This document shows, one piece after another, positions 46,460-55,384 of a stretch of 64,000 nucleotides of DNA. Within the stretch, counting starts at the first letter, position 1. Every line of letters begins with the position of its first letter. The stretch lies in the NCBI GenBank assembly GCA_027468165.1, contig GCA_027468165.1_3951.1. One strand, written 5' to 3'. This DNA comes from a phage. The notes beneath the pieces are model-generated. The model was not told where the DNA came from. It saw only the letters and a program-made list of their open reading frames with translations, and did no database searches. The position numbers were made by a program, and so were the translations under genes.

Positions 46460-46762
46460 ATGATTATATCTTTTAATAGTGCTTTATTAGGCACTTATAA
46501 GGTTAAGACTGAACTCCTTGATGAGTGGAAAAAGTATACAAACTCACTTTTTGGTAATGTTGGAATGGAAGCCTTAGCAGAGATTGAGAAGGCGGGAACA
46601 TTCGAAGTTGTTGGTAAAGGCCACTTTACAATGTTCTACAGAACAAACCTAAACGTTGGTGACAGTATTGTTGGTGTCACTGAAGAAGAACTTAAAACAT
46701 TTTGTGAAAAGATTGAGAGAGATACGAAATGGGAATCTGGAACAGTTTTAAATCAAAAATAA
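46460..46762 (+). CDS. Hypothetical protein
   Basis: ATG after AAAGGTGAG RBS; the longer track ORF overlaps nrdG and is probably an over-extension. Confidence 0.3.
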   Translation: MIISFNSALLGTYKVKTELLDEWKKYTNSLFGNVGMEALAEIEKAGTFEVVGKGHFTMFYRTNLNVGDSIVGVTEEELKTFCEKIERDTKWESGTVLNQK

Positions 46763-46986
46763 AAGCAGCACTGGCATCACTAGGTATGCTCACTGGTGTT
46801 GACGTTACTCATCTCATGCAGAACTTCAAGATGGATGAGAAACTAGCTAATGAGATTATGAAAAGCATCTATGTAGGTCGTGGAAAAGGTGGTAAAAAAC
46901 AAGCACATCGACCAACTGGTGCAGCAGCAATTAAACGTGCAGCTAAAAAAGCTCGTAACCGTAAACGTAACAAGAAGGCTAAATAA
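46729..46986 (+). CDS. Small protein with Lys/Arg-rich C-terminus (hypothetical)
   Basis: C-terminus AAIKRAAKKARNRKRNKKAK. Confidence 0.3.
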   Translation: MGIWNSFKSKIKAALASLGMLTGVDVTHLMQNFKMDEKLANEIMKSIYVGRGKGGKKQAHRPTGAAAIKRAAKKARNRKRNKKAK

Positions 46987-46988
46987 TC

Positions 46989-47309
46989 ATGAGCAAAGTT
47001 TATAACACTCGTAAATTACAGATTTTCGTACTGTGCCAGTTTATGGCTAAAGAGTATAACTGCTACTATTGTGGTACAGGGTTCATTAGTGATAATGACG
47101 GCTCATATCTACCATTCAAAGAGGCTGTAAAACTCTTCAATGAAGAGAAAAGCTCTAAGAAAGATATTGAAAAGGTTAAGTTAACCTACAGCAAGAAAGA
47201 TAAGAAGATTATCTGCCTAGATAACTTTGTAAAAGTTACTGGAGAAGCAAAAGAGTTTATGGATGAGAGTGAAATCTCATTCACAAGCATCTTGAAAGTA
47301 GCTCAGTAA
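46989..47309 (+). CDS. Hypothetical protein
   Basis: 106 aa ORF followed by a terminator. Confidence 0.35.
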   Translation: MSKVYNTRKLQIFVLCQFMAKEYNCYYCGTGFISDNDGSYLPFKEAVKLFNEEKSSKKDIEKVKLTYSKKDKKIICLDNFVKVTGEAKEFMDESEISFTSILKVAQ

Positions 47310-47320
47310 ACAGATACTAT

Positions 47321-47347
47321 AAGGGGACTGTAAAGGTTCCCTTTTTA
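47321..47347 (+). terminator. Rho-independent terminator
   Basis: AAGGGGA/TTCCCTT hairpin followed by a T-run. Confidence 0.4.
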
Positions 47348-47360
47348 TTTTGGAGATAAT

Positions 47361-47894
47361 ATGTATCTGTCAAATCTGAAACGTTCGGTTGCAATGTCAG
47401 TTCTAAGACTCAGCTTTGAGGAACGTCAAGAGTTCATTGACACCCACCAATATGACCCTTCTAACTCTAATCACATGATTCTCTGGAATCGTGAGAGTAC
47501 TCGTGAAAGAGCACTATTCCGCTATTACCCACACTACACTATAGATAACCTGTATGAATGTTTTGTTGTGAAGAACACCATTACAGTTCTCAATAAGCTT
47601 TGTAGATACACAGGTAACCAGTCCTTCACATTAGGTCACCACAAGCCTGTTACAAAAGGTGGTGAGCATCACTGTACAAACTGGTTTATCCAAACTAAAG
47701 CTGATAATCAGAAGCAAGGAGATAACCTCCTAAGTACTCCTAAGATGACCTATGAAGAGCAAGAGAAATATATCAAAAATAATATGCCAGATGTGCTTGA
47801 CAACAACTATACAGATTTGGCAATATCTCTCCTGTTGAAGTTCGAGACAGTTTATAGGGCAACTTACAATGGCAGTAACAAACGTAACTTTTGA
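47361..47894 (+). CDS. HNH endonuclease-like protein (putative free-standing homing endonuclease)
   Basis: LGHHKPVTKGGEHHCTNWFIQTKADNQKQGD resembles an HNH core (His pair, Asn, conserved Gly). Confidence 0.45.
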   Translation: MYLSNLKRSVAMSVLRLSFEERQEFIDTHQYDPSNSNHMILWNRESTRERALFRYYPHYTIDNLYECFVVKNTITVLNKLCRYTGNQSFTLGHHKPVTKGGEHHCTNWFIQTKADNQKQGDNLLSTPKMTYEEQEKYIKNNMPDVLDNNYTDLAISLLLKFETVYRATYNGSNKRNF

Positions 47895-47909
47895 TTGAGA
47901 GAGAAAACT

Positions 47910-48365
47910 ATGATTTTTTGCAGCTTCCAAAAAAGAATTATTGAGATTCTATACAATAAGTTTGGGACAGATAACACATTTGACTCAAATGAAGCTATTG
48001 AAGCCCTACAAGAAGGAAGTGATTATATCAAAAAACAGCCAATAGCAAACATCAGGTACTACTTGACTCAGATGAGAAAGTGGGGTGTGCTCATCGTGGT
48101 AGGACAGATTAAGCAACAAGGGAGGATGCTCATCAACCAATTAAATAGGGGTTTTATTGAGAAGCACATTCAGCTAGAATATTTACTTAAAGAGCCACGA
48201 AAACAACGTGAAGAGCAGCAAAAAGACTTAAGTGGTGGTGTAGATGTGTCTCCAGACATAAAATTCTTTATTGGTGAGTTGATGTTTGATACACTCCAAG
48301 ATGCTGTTGAACACTGCAAAAAGTATATTATCAAAGTAAAACGTGCAAAAATTATTTGGGAGTAA
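47910..48365 (+). CDS. Tandem paralog family member A1 (unknown function)
   Basis: About 60% identical to A2 at 48787; shares N-terminal ILY.KFG.DNTF and C-terminal EA.EHCKK..I.VK.AK.IWE with all four members. Confidence 0.5.
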   Translation: MIFCSFQKRIIEILYNKFGTDNTFDSNEAIEALQEGSDYIKKQPIANIRYYLTQMRKWGVLIVVGQIKQQGRMLINQLNRGFIEKHIQLEYLLKEPRKQREEQQKDLSGGVDVSPDIKFFIGELMFDTLQDAVEHCKKYIIKVKRAKIIWE

Positions 48366-48369
48366 TAAC

Positions 48370-48765
48370 ATGTTTGAGCTTCTGAAGGTTCTGTATATAA
48401 ATTTTGGCTATGACAAAACATTTTCTGGCTCACAACTAACTAAGGTTTTTAATAAATATCTACCACATGCTTCAATCAGGGATAAAGCTAATTGGTCTCA
48501 CAGATTACGTAAAAGTGGATATCTTAGTGTTGTTGGAGCGACAGGCTTTAATAATGAGTATCTTATGAGAATCAATGAAAGCAAAGCTAAAAATGTGCTT
48601 TTAAGTTGTAATGACCATCAACAAAAGGATGAAGAGGTTAGTGTAGGTGAAGTAGGGTACTTCATAGGTGATATACACTTTACCAGTATGGAGGCAGCAG
48701 TTGAGCATTGTAAGAGAACGGTTATCCAAACAAAAAGAAAGCGTATTGTTTGGGAAGAAGTTTAA
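48370..48765 (+). CDS. Tandem paralog family member B1 (unknown function)
   Basis: Starts MFELLKVLYINFGYDKTF; pairs with B2 at 49256; shares the C-terminal motif. Confidence 0.5.
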   Translation: MFELLKVLYINFGYDKTFSGSQLTKVFNKYLPHASIRDKANWSHRLRKSGYLSVVGATGFNNEYLMRINESKAKNVLLSCNDHQQKDEEVSVGEVGYFIGDIHFTSMEAAVEHCKRTVIQTKRKRIVWEEV

Positions 48766-48786
48766 ACATTTGATTAGGAATACACT

Positions 48787-49251
48787 ATGATTTTTTGCAA
48801 TTTACAGAAGCACGTAATAGAGATTTTATACAAAACCTTCGGGACAGAAAACACTTTTGACTCTAACGAAGCAATTGACGCATTAAGAGAGAATAGCCTT
48901 TTTATACGAGGCCAGTCAATCAGCAATACCCGTGGGTATCTAACAATGTTAAGACAGTCTGGTGTACTGCTGACTGTAGGGCAGGTAAAAAGCAAAGGTA
49001 GACTAAGTATTAATCAATTAAATCGAGCCTTTATGGAGAAGCACATACAACTGTCAAGGATGCTAGACAATACGCGTGAAGAGTTGGGGAGTTCACAAAA
49101 AGCAAGTTCACCTGATGTTAAAGATGTGGATGTACAACCTGACGTAAGATACTTTATTGCTGATGTTATGTTTAAAACACTCGATGAAGCTATTGAGCAC
49201 TGCAAAAAGCATCTTATTAAAGTTAAACATGCAAAAGTTATTTGGGAGTGA
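48787..49251 (+). CDS. Tandem paralog family member A2 (unknown function)
   Basis: MIFCNLQKHVIEILYKTFGTENTFDSNEAI... paralog of A1. Confidence 0.5.
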   Translation: MIFCNLQKHVIEILYKTFGTENTFDSNEAIDALRENSLFIRGQSISNTRGYLTMLRQSGVLLTVGQVKSKGRLSINQLNRAFMEKHIQLSRMLDNTREELGSSQKASSPDVKDVDVQPDVRYFIADVMFKTLDEAIEHCKKHLIKVKHAKVIWE

Positions 49252-49255
49252 TGCT

Positions 49256-49636
49256 ATGATTGAACTGTTAAAAGTCCTATATAAAAAGTTTGGTTATGAT
49301 AAAACTTTTACTTGTTCACAGATACGTAGTATCCATGACAAGGAATTTCCAAATGTATCCAAGACAAACAAGTCAACTCGGTTCAATCGTCTTCGCCAGA
49401 GGGGTTACATTAAAATAGTTGGATACAAGAATAACTCTTTCGAGTATGTAATGCAGATTAACAGAGAAGTATCAAGTAAAATACTTGAAGAGCCAACAGC
49501 CGAAGAACAAAAGATACAAGATGGTGAAGTTCGCTTCTTTGTGGAGAAGGAAAGTTTTGGGTCAATAGATGAAGCTATCGAGTATTGTAAAAAGAACATT
49601 ATCCAGATAAAGCGTAGAAAGGTTATTTGGGAATAA
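49256..49636 (+). CDS. Tandem paralog family member B2 (unknown function)
   Basis: MIELLKVLYKKFGYDKTF... paralog of B1; ATG after GGGAG RBS. Confidence 0.5.
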   Translation: MIELLKVLYKKFGYDKTFTCSQIRSIHDKEFPNVSKTNKSTRFNRLRQRGYIKIVGYKNNSFEYVMQINREVSSKILEEPTAEEQKIQDGEVRFFVEKESFGSIDEAIEYCKKNIIQIKRRKVIWE

Positions 49637-49651
49637 AGAGAGAGAGAAACT

Positions 49652-50533
49652 ATGAAAACATCTATCCGTGTTACAGTTCATTCACCAACTAAAGGGACTC
49701 ATGAAGAAGAATTTAACATCATCCAATTCCCTTCTGGTGAGATTGGTGGACACTTTTCACCAGAGTTTGTTGATTTTACTGCATATGCAGCATCATCTAT
49801 CAACAATGTGATTATGATTGTAAAAGGTTATGATAAAGATACATTGTTTGCTGTGGCACTTGCTAAAGAGGCTGTGGACAACTTAGTACCTCATAAGTTT
49901 GCTATGAAGACTGTTATCTTTTACTATTTACCAAATGCACGTTATGACCGTCACATGTTTAAAGGTGATGCAGCAGCTTTGAAAGTGTTTGCACAACAGG
50001 TTAATGCAATGGGTTTTGATGCAGTCTGTGCAGTTGACCCTCACAGCTATGTGCCAGATAACCTGTTTAACTGCTTCCAGAGCATTCCTCAAAAGGAAAT
50101 TGCAGTCCACTATGCAAATGACCCACTGGTTGATTACTTAGTAGCCCCAGATGCAGGTGCTTCTAAGAAGATTGCAGAAACTGCTAAAGAAGTGGATAAA
50201 CCATACATCACAATGTCTAAAGTACGTAACCTTAAGACTGGTGAAATTACTGGTATGCGAATCCTTGATGATGTTGATTTGACAGATAAAACCGTCATGA
50301 TTCTGGATGATATCTGTGATGGAGGTCGTACCTTTATAGAAGCAGCTAAACATCTTCGCGAAGCAGGTGCAAAACGTGTGGAACTCTATGTAACACATGG
50401 TATCTTCTCTAAAGGTGTTGAAAACCTTCTTGACAATGGTATTGACCATATCTACACTACAAACTCTTTAGGGGAAGCTAAAGACCGTGGTTTAGCACAT
50501 TATAGCCAAGTTACTGTAGCAAACCTTGATTGA
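49652..50533 (+). CDS. prs: Ribose-phosphate pyrophosphokinase family protein (Prs-like; possibly NARP1 ADP-ribose pyrophosphokinase)
   Basis: PRPP-binding-type motif VMILDDICDGGRT; directly upstream of a NadV-like gene. Confidence 0.65.
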   Translation: MKTSIRVTVHSPTKGTHEEEFNIIQFPSGEIGGHFSPEFVDFTAYAASSINNVIMIVKGYDKDTLFAVALAKEAVDNLVPHKFAMKTVIFYYLPNARYDRHMFKGDAAALKVFAQQVNAMGFDAVCAVDPHSYVPDNLFNCFQSIPQKEIAVHYANDPLVDYLVAPDAGASKKIAETAKEVDKPYITMSKVRNLKTGEITGMRILDDVDLTDKTVMILDDICDGGRTFIEAAKHLREAGAKRVELYVTHGIFSKGVENLLDNGIDHIYTTNSLGEAKDRGLAHYSQVTVANLD

Positions 50534-50544
50534 AACTTTATAGG

Positions 50545-50565
50545 GGGGCTTCAAAGCCCCATTTT
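50545..50565 (+). terminator. Hairpin/weak terminator
   Basis: GGGGCTT-CAA-AGCCCC hairpin followed by ATTTTG. Confidence 0.35.
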
Positions 50566-50581
50566 GAGAGAGATTAAAAAG

Positions 50582-52363
50582 ATGACTAAATCACTTTATG
50601 CAGTACCAGCAGGTTTAAACGCGGACGCTTACAAATCTGGCCATGTTTACCAATACCCTAGTGCAACAGATTACTTGATGTTCAACCTGACACCACGTAG
50701 TGATAAATGGTTTAATAGTCCTTTAGCAATTGATGGTGTAGTGGCTTTTGGTATTCAACGTTTTGTTAAAGATTACTTGATAGACCACTGGAACGCCACT
50801 TTCTTTGAACGTGATAAAAAAGAAGCAATTGACGAAATCTTAGAAGTCATGAATGGTGTTCTGGGTAAAGATGCTATCGGTCGAGAGCATTGGGAAGCAC
50901 TTCACGACTTAGGTTATCTACCAGTTGAAGTATACGCTGTAGAAGAAGGTACAGTTGTACCTATGCGTGTTCCAATGATTGTATTCCAGAACACTGTTTC
51001 AGGTTTCCATTGGGTAGCGGGATATCTGGAAGATGCTTTCTCTGCTGAGATTTGGAAGGCTTGTACCATTGCAACTATTGCATTGCACTACAAACGTATC
51101 TGTAAGAAGTGGGCTGACCTCACTTGCAACAATGACTCACATTTGCCTTATCAGTGCCATGACTTTGCTATGCGTGGTATGTCTGGCTTTACTGATGACG
51201 CATTTAACGCTGTAGGTCACTTAACAAGCTTTAAAGGGACTGATAGCTTCCCTGCGGTATATACAGCTAAACGCATTTATGGACAGTCATACCCAATCTC
51301 TGATATTGGTAGCTCTGTACCAGCCACTGAACACTCTGTCATGTGTGCAAACATTGCTTGGGAAGGTGGTAATGAGTTGATTGAAGAAGAAAGACGCTTT
51401 AAAGGTGAGTTGCAAACCTTCCGTCGTTTCTTAACAGAAACTTACCCAACTGGTATTGCAAGTGTTGTTTCAGACACTTATAATTTCTGGAGAACTGTAT
51501 CAGAAATCTTACCAGCACTTCGTAAAGAGATTATGGAACGTGACGGAAAACTGGTAATTCGTCCTGACTCTGGCGACCCTGTACATATTGTCACAGGTTA
51601 TAAAGCAATCCACTTAGAGTGCGCTAAAAAAGCTTATTACGAACACCTAAGCAAGCTGGAAGCCAGCGACACAAAGTTGAATGCTGTTCTGAACATGAAT
51701 CTTGAAGACATTCACTATATTATGGCTGGGTGGTTACGTACAGAAGGCTATGAAATGGTGGTTGACAGAGAAGACTTTGAAGTAGCTGATACAGTGCTTC
51801 TGAAAGATGCCTACATCAACGGCTCTGCAAACGTTGTAACACGTCCTGTAGCAGAGATTGATGGAGCTATTAAGACCCTGTATAACATCTTTGGGGGGAC
51901 TATCAACTCTAAAGGCTTTAAGGTACTGGATGAGCACATTGGCCTTATCTATGGTGACTCTATCACGTTGGAACGTGCAAACGAAATCCTGAAGCGTTTG
52001 TATGAAATGGGTTTTGCAAGCTCTAACGTAGTGTTTGGTGTAGGTTCTTACACTTACCAGTACATGACTCGTGACACCTTTGCATTTGCTGTCAAAGCAA
52101 CTCTTGCAAGCATTGGTGGTAAAGAGATTATGCTTGCAAAAGACCCTAAAACAGATAGCGGTGTTAAGAAGTCTGCTTTTGGTGGTGTAGCACCTATGTG
52201 GGATGGTGATAAGCTGAAAGCTGTAGATGGCTATGGATTCCAGAGCTTTGCAGATGTGCTTGAACATCCAGCTTGTGCTTTACGTTTAGTCTTTAGTGAC
52301 TCTGAGCAGTTCGGTTACACAACTCTTGGTGATATTCGAAATAATATTGACAAGCAGCTTTAA
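50582..52363 (+). CDS. nadV: Nicotinamide phosphoribosyltransferase family protein (NadV/NAMPT-like; possibly NARP1 Namat)
   Basis: About 594 aa ORF paired with the Prs-like gene; assignment rests on size, pairing and general NAMPT-like character, not a verified alignment. Confidence 0.55.
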   Translation: MTKSLYAVPAGLNADAYKSGHVYQYPSATDYLMFNLTPRSDKWFNSPLAIDGVVAFGIQRFVKDYLIDHWNATFFERDKKEAIDEILEVMNGVLGKDAIGREHWEALHDLGYLPVEVYAVEEGTVVPMRVPMIVFQNTVSGFHWVAGYLEDAFSAEIWKACTIATIALHYKRICKKWADLTCNNDSHLPYQCHDFAMRGMSGFTDDAFNAVGHLTSFKGTDSFPAVYTAKRIYGQSYPISDIGSSVPATEHSVMCANIAWEGGNELIEEERRFKGELQTFRRFLTETYPTGIASVVSDTYNFWRTVSEILPALRKEIMERDGKLVIRPDSGDPVHIVTGYKAIHLECAKKAYYEHLSKLEASDTKLNAVLNMNLEDIHYIMAGWLRTEGYEMVVDREDFEVADTVLLKDAYINGSANVVTRPVAEIDGAIKTLYNIFGGTINSKGFKVLDEHIGLIYGDSITLERANEILKRLYEMGFASSNVVFGVGSYTYQYMTRDTFAFAVKATLASIGGKEIMLAKDPKTDSGVKKSAFGGVAPMWDGDKLKAVDGYGFQSFADVLEHPACALRLVFSDSEQFGYTTLGDIRNNIDKQL

Positions 52364-52377
52364 AAGTATATGATAAG

Positions 52378-52400
52378 AGGCTCCTACGGGAGCCTTTTTA
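52378..52400 (+). terminator. Rho-independent terminator
   Basis: AGGCTCC-TAC-GGGAGCCT hairpin followed by TTTTT. Confidence 0.6.
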
Positions 52401-52416
52401 ATTTCTGGAGAGGATT

Positions 52417-52752
52417 ATGAAAATCAAAGAGATGAATATCAATATTGTCTTAGAAGAACGTTGGGAGAACATCAAGAAGCCTGAAAATGGTCATAAGTTC
52501 CTCAACAAAATCTTAGTAGCAGCTAAAGAAGAACTGACTGGCAAGGTTGCAGCGGCAATCACGATAAAGGTGTGTGTAAAGGGTCTTCCAGACAATCACC
52601 AATTTGCACTTGACGAGTTTAAAGAAAGCTTCTACAATCCAAACAAACAGATGCTTGAAAGTAACTTTGCAGTATCTACAAGTATCGTCCATGACAGAAG
52701 CTTTACCCTTTACAAGAATATGAGAGGTGAGTCATGCAAGCATATTGGATAG
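52417..52752 (+). CDS. Hypothetical protein
   Basis: 111 aa ORF. Confidence 0.35.
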   Translation: MKIKEMNINIVLEERWENIKKPENGHKFLNKILVAAKEELTGKVAAAITIKVCVKGLPDNHQFALDEFKESFYNPNKQMLESNFAVSTSIVHDRSFTLYKNMRGESCKHIG

Positions 52753-52910
52753 AAATTTTACTGTCACTTGGTAGTGTAGCAGTATTTGTTTACCTTCTTT
52801 GCAAGTACTACGCAGAGTACAAAAAATGTGACTTCTGTAACGGAGAGGGTTATACAAGAGCAGGTTGCTGCCCTATGTGTGGTGGTTCTGGTAAAATGTT
52901 TAATAAGTAA
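52734..52910 (+). CDS. Small membrane-anchored zinc-finger protein (58 aa; DnaJ-type CxxCxGxG repeats)
   Basis: ATG after GAGGTGAG RBS; hydrophobic N-terminus then CDFCNGEG and CPMCGGSG; below the ORF-track cutoff. Confidence 0.35.
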   Translation: MQAYWIEILLSLGSVAVFVYLLCKYYAEYKKCDFCNGEGYTRAGCCPMCGGSGKMFNK

Positions 52911-52938
52911 TTTAACAGTAAACTAAGAGGAAAGTATT

Positions 52939-55305
52939 ATGCGCATGGTAAATGACCACGCAGAAGTGATTAAGAGTTCAACTTCTTTGGAGACGTCTCA
53001 AGCACAGATTACAATGACACCTGAAATGTTCAGCCTTCTGAGTTCTGGTGTATATACCTTTAAAGAGCGAGCAGTAATTCGTGAACTGTCATGTAACGCA
53101 GTAGATGCTCAGAAAGAAGCTGGAAAAGAGAACATCCCGTTCCATGTGCATTTACCTACTCGTTTTGAGCCTTACTTTGAAGTTCGTGATTTTGGAACTG
53201 GATTGACTCATGATAAAGTTATGAGTTTGTATCTAAATTACGGGGCTTCTACGAAGAATGACTCTAATGACTACATTGGTGCAATGGGTATCGGTTCAAA
53301 ATCTCCATTTGCAATTGCTCAGTCATTCACAGTATCTAGCTATGTTGATGGTATTGTTAATAAGTACTCTGTTTACCTTGAGAATGGTATCCCTCAAGTA
53401 ACTAAGCTGACTACCAACCCAACAAAAGAACCTAACGGTTTAGCTGTACGTGTAGCAGTTGCTGACCATCGTATCTCAAAGTTCTTTGAAGAAGCTGGTC
53501 ACGTATACTCATACTTTACTGTAAAACCAGAAAGTAACATTGAGTATGACGATGTATTAGCAGATATGAATGTCATTGCCCGTGAAGAAGGTGTTTATGA
53601 TGCCATGATTCATAAGCAAAGCTGGCGTTCTAGTGGTAACAAGACAGAGTTTAATGTAGTGATGGGTAACATTGCCTACCCTGTTAACATGGAAGCACTA
53701 CTTGGTGATGATTTCTTTAAAGTCTTGCCAGAGTTTTTCCGTAGGAGCGTAGACCTTGTAAACATCTATATGCCTATTGGTTCAGTTGCTATTGCAGCTT
53801 CTCGTGAAGCATTGCAGATGAATGATACAACAAAAAATGTTATCATTGAGGCTACTAAAAAGATAACTGAAGCAATTACAAAGGATGTTATCAAGAAAGT
53901 TAATAGCCAACCTACACTCATGGATGCTGCACAGGCTTATGCTGAGTTACGTTTAAACTCACGAGAGATGTTTAATGCTGTGTGTCCAAAGCTAGAGTGG
54001 GGAGGCGTTAAGCTTGATTCTTTGGAAGAAGAATTGCTAAACATTCGTCGTGGAATTATCTACGCAGAAGACGGCTCAGTCATTTATGAACGTGACGGTA
54101 AAGGTAATATTAAGGTTGATAGGAACGGAAACAACATCCCTAAAGTAGATTATCTTTATGACCCAGTTGCTTATGTCAAGTTCAACTCTTTAGAGAGTAA
54201 GATTCGTGCAACATCACTTTCCTACACTCAAGAGGCAAGTATGTTCAATATCTTTGGAGCAATGCGTAAAAGTCAAATTGAACAGTTTTTGTTTGTTATA
54301 AATGACCGTCGCAATAAAAACGGTACTGAGAAGACTGTAGGACGCAATCAAATCTTGCGTGGTGCATGTCGAGACTATGCCAGTGAGTCGAGTATGTTTC
54401 ACAGATACAATGGTATTGTCTTTGTATTCTCTACTGAGAAAGATTTAGACGACCTAATCAATCTACACAAACTTGATAAAAGCTTGTTAAAGATTGTGAA
54501 GATGTCTGATAAGGAACATCATTATCAGCGTAAAGAAGCTGTAAGAGGTGTTGTAAAACTCTGGAAAGCTGTTCCAGCAGAAGGTGTAGCTTCATACAAA
54601 GAGGTGTCAGAAGACTTAGATACGATTGAAGAGCCTCAGCTTTATATTAAGGCAGTAGGCGACACAGTTGATGGCGAATGTTTTTGCTCATCTCCAGAAG
54701 ATGTAGCTAAGTCAGTTGCCAATGTCATTGGAAAGACAGTATATGTTTTCCGAAAAGCAAATTGGAAAAAGATACCAGAAGATTGGGTTGAAGTAGATGA
54801 GAAGCTCTTGAACGACAGCTTAACTGATGTTCACTGGATTAATCACAACAGGTATATGACACGTATCTATGTGAATGGTGTCCTTGACCTTACAAGCAGT
54901 TGGATTATTGCCAGAAACTTTACGTTCAATAACAGGAAGATTTCTCGTGGCTATTGCTATTCACGAGATACAAACAAAACTATCTTCTTAGAAGGTAATG
55001 AAGATGCTGTTGAGGCAATGTTTGGCAAAATCCAATACGTTGCTGCACCGTTTGCATACACTTACACTGTTAGCAGGTTGCAAACTTTGAAAGGATGCCT
55101 TGACAACGATACAAAGCTGTACAAGAAAATTAAGAAAGCTGGCGACCGTATGGTCATTAAGGTGACAAACTATCTTTCAAAAAGAAAACAAGAAAACTTC
55201 TTGCTTTCTCATTTAGATTGGAATAAAGTGTCACCCATCGAAGTGAGTAAGTTCTTAGGCTTTGATGTGAAGTGTGTTCCAGAAGGGACTACAATTTACG
55301 ATTAA
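52939..55305 (+). CDS. rIIA: GHKL-family ATPase domain protein, rIIA-like
   Basis: N-terminal Bergerat-fold motifs ELSCNAVDA, VRDFGTGL and GAMGIGSKS; 788 aa; followed by a candidate rIIB. Confidence 0.5.
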   Translation: MRMVNDHAEVIKSSTSLETSQAQITMTPEMFSLLSSGVYTFKERAVIRELSCNAVDAQKEAGKENIPFHVHLPTRFEPYFEVRDFGTGLTHDKVMSLYLNYGASTKNDSNDYIGAMGIGSKSPFAIAQSFTVSSYVDGIVNKYSVYLENGIPQVTKLTTNPTKEPNGLAVRVAVADHRISKFFEEAGHVYSYFTVKPESNIEYDDVLADMNVIAREEGVYDAMIHKQSWRSSGNKTEFNVVMGNIAYPVNMEALLGDDFFKVLPEFFRRSVDLVNIYMPIGSVAIAASREALQMNDTTKNVIIEATKKITEAITKDVIKKVNSQPTLMDAAQAYAELRLNSREMFNAVCPKLEWGGVKLDSLEEELLNIRRGIIYAEDGSVIYERDGKGNIKVDRNGNNIPKVDYLYDPVAYVKFNSLESKIRATSLSYTQEASMFNIFGAMRKSQIEQFLFVINDRRNKNGTEKTVGRNQILRGACRDYASESSMFHRYNGIVFVFSTEKDLDDLINLHKLDKSLLKIVKMSDKEHHYQRKEAVRGVVKLWKAVPAEGVASYKEVSEDLDTIEEPQLYIKAVGDTVDGECFCSSPEDVAKSVANVIGKTVYVFRKANWKKIPEDWVEVDEKLLNDSLTDVHWINHNRYMTRIYVNGVLDLTSSWIIARNFTFNNRKISRGYCYSRDTNKTIFLEGNEDAVEAMFGKIQYVAAPFAYTYTVSRLQTLKGCLDNDTKLYKKIKKAGDRMVIKVTNYLSKRKQENFLLSHLDWNKVSPIEVSKFLGFDVKCVPEGTTIYD

Positions 55306-55310
55306 AGTGT

Positions 55311-55340
55311 TTGACAAGGGGCTTTGAAGCCCCTTAGAAT
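55311..55340 (+). promoter_or_regulatory. Sigma70-like promoter with a GC hairpin in the spacer
   Basis: TTGACA, 17-18 nt spacer containing AGGGGCTTTGAAGCCCC, then TAGAAT. Confidence 0.4.
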
Positions 55341-55384
55341 AGCCTTACAAAATGATTTATTAACTAACAAGAGAGAGTAATAAG

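Noticed and set aside
46304-46762. 152 aa ORF with a long N-terminal overlap of nrdG
   Set aside because: The 5' part overlaps the radical-SAM activase in another frame; an internal ATG at 46460 with a good RBS is the more plausible start.
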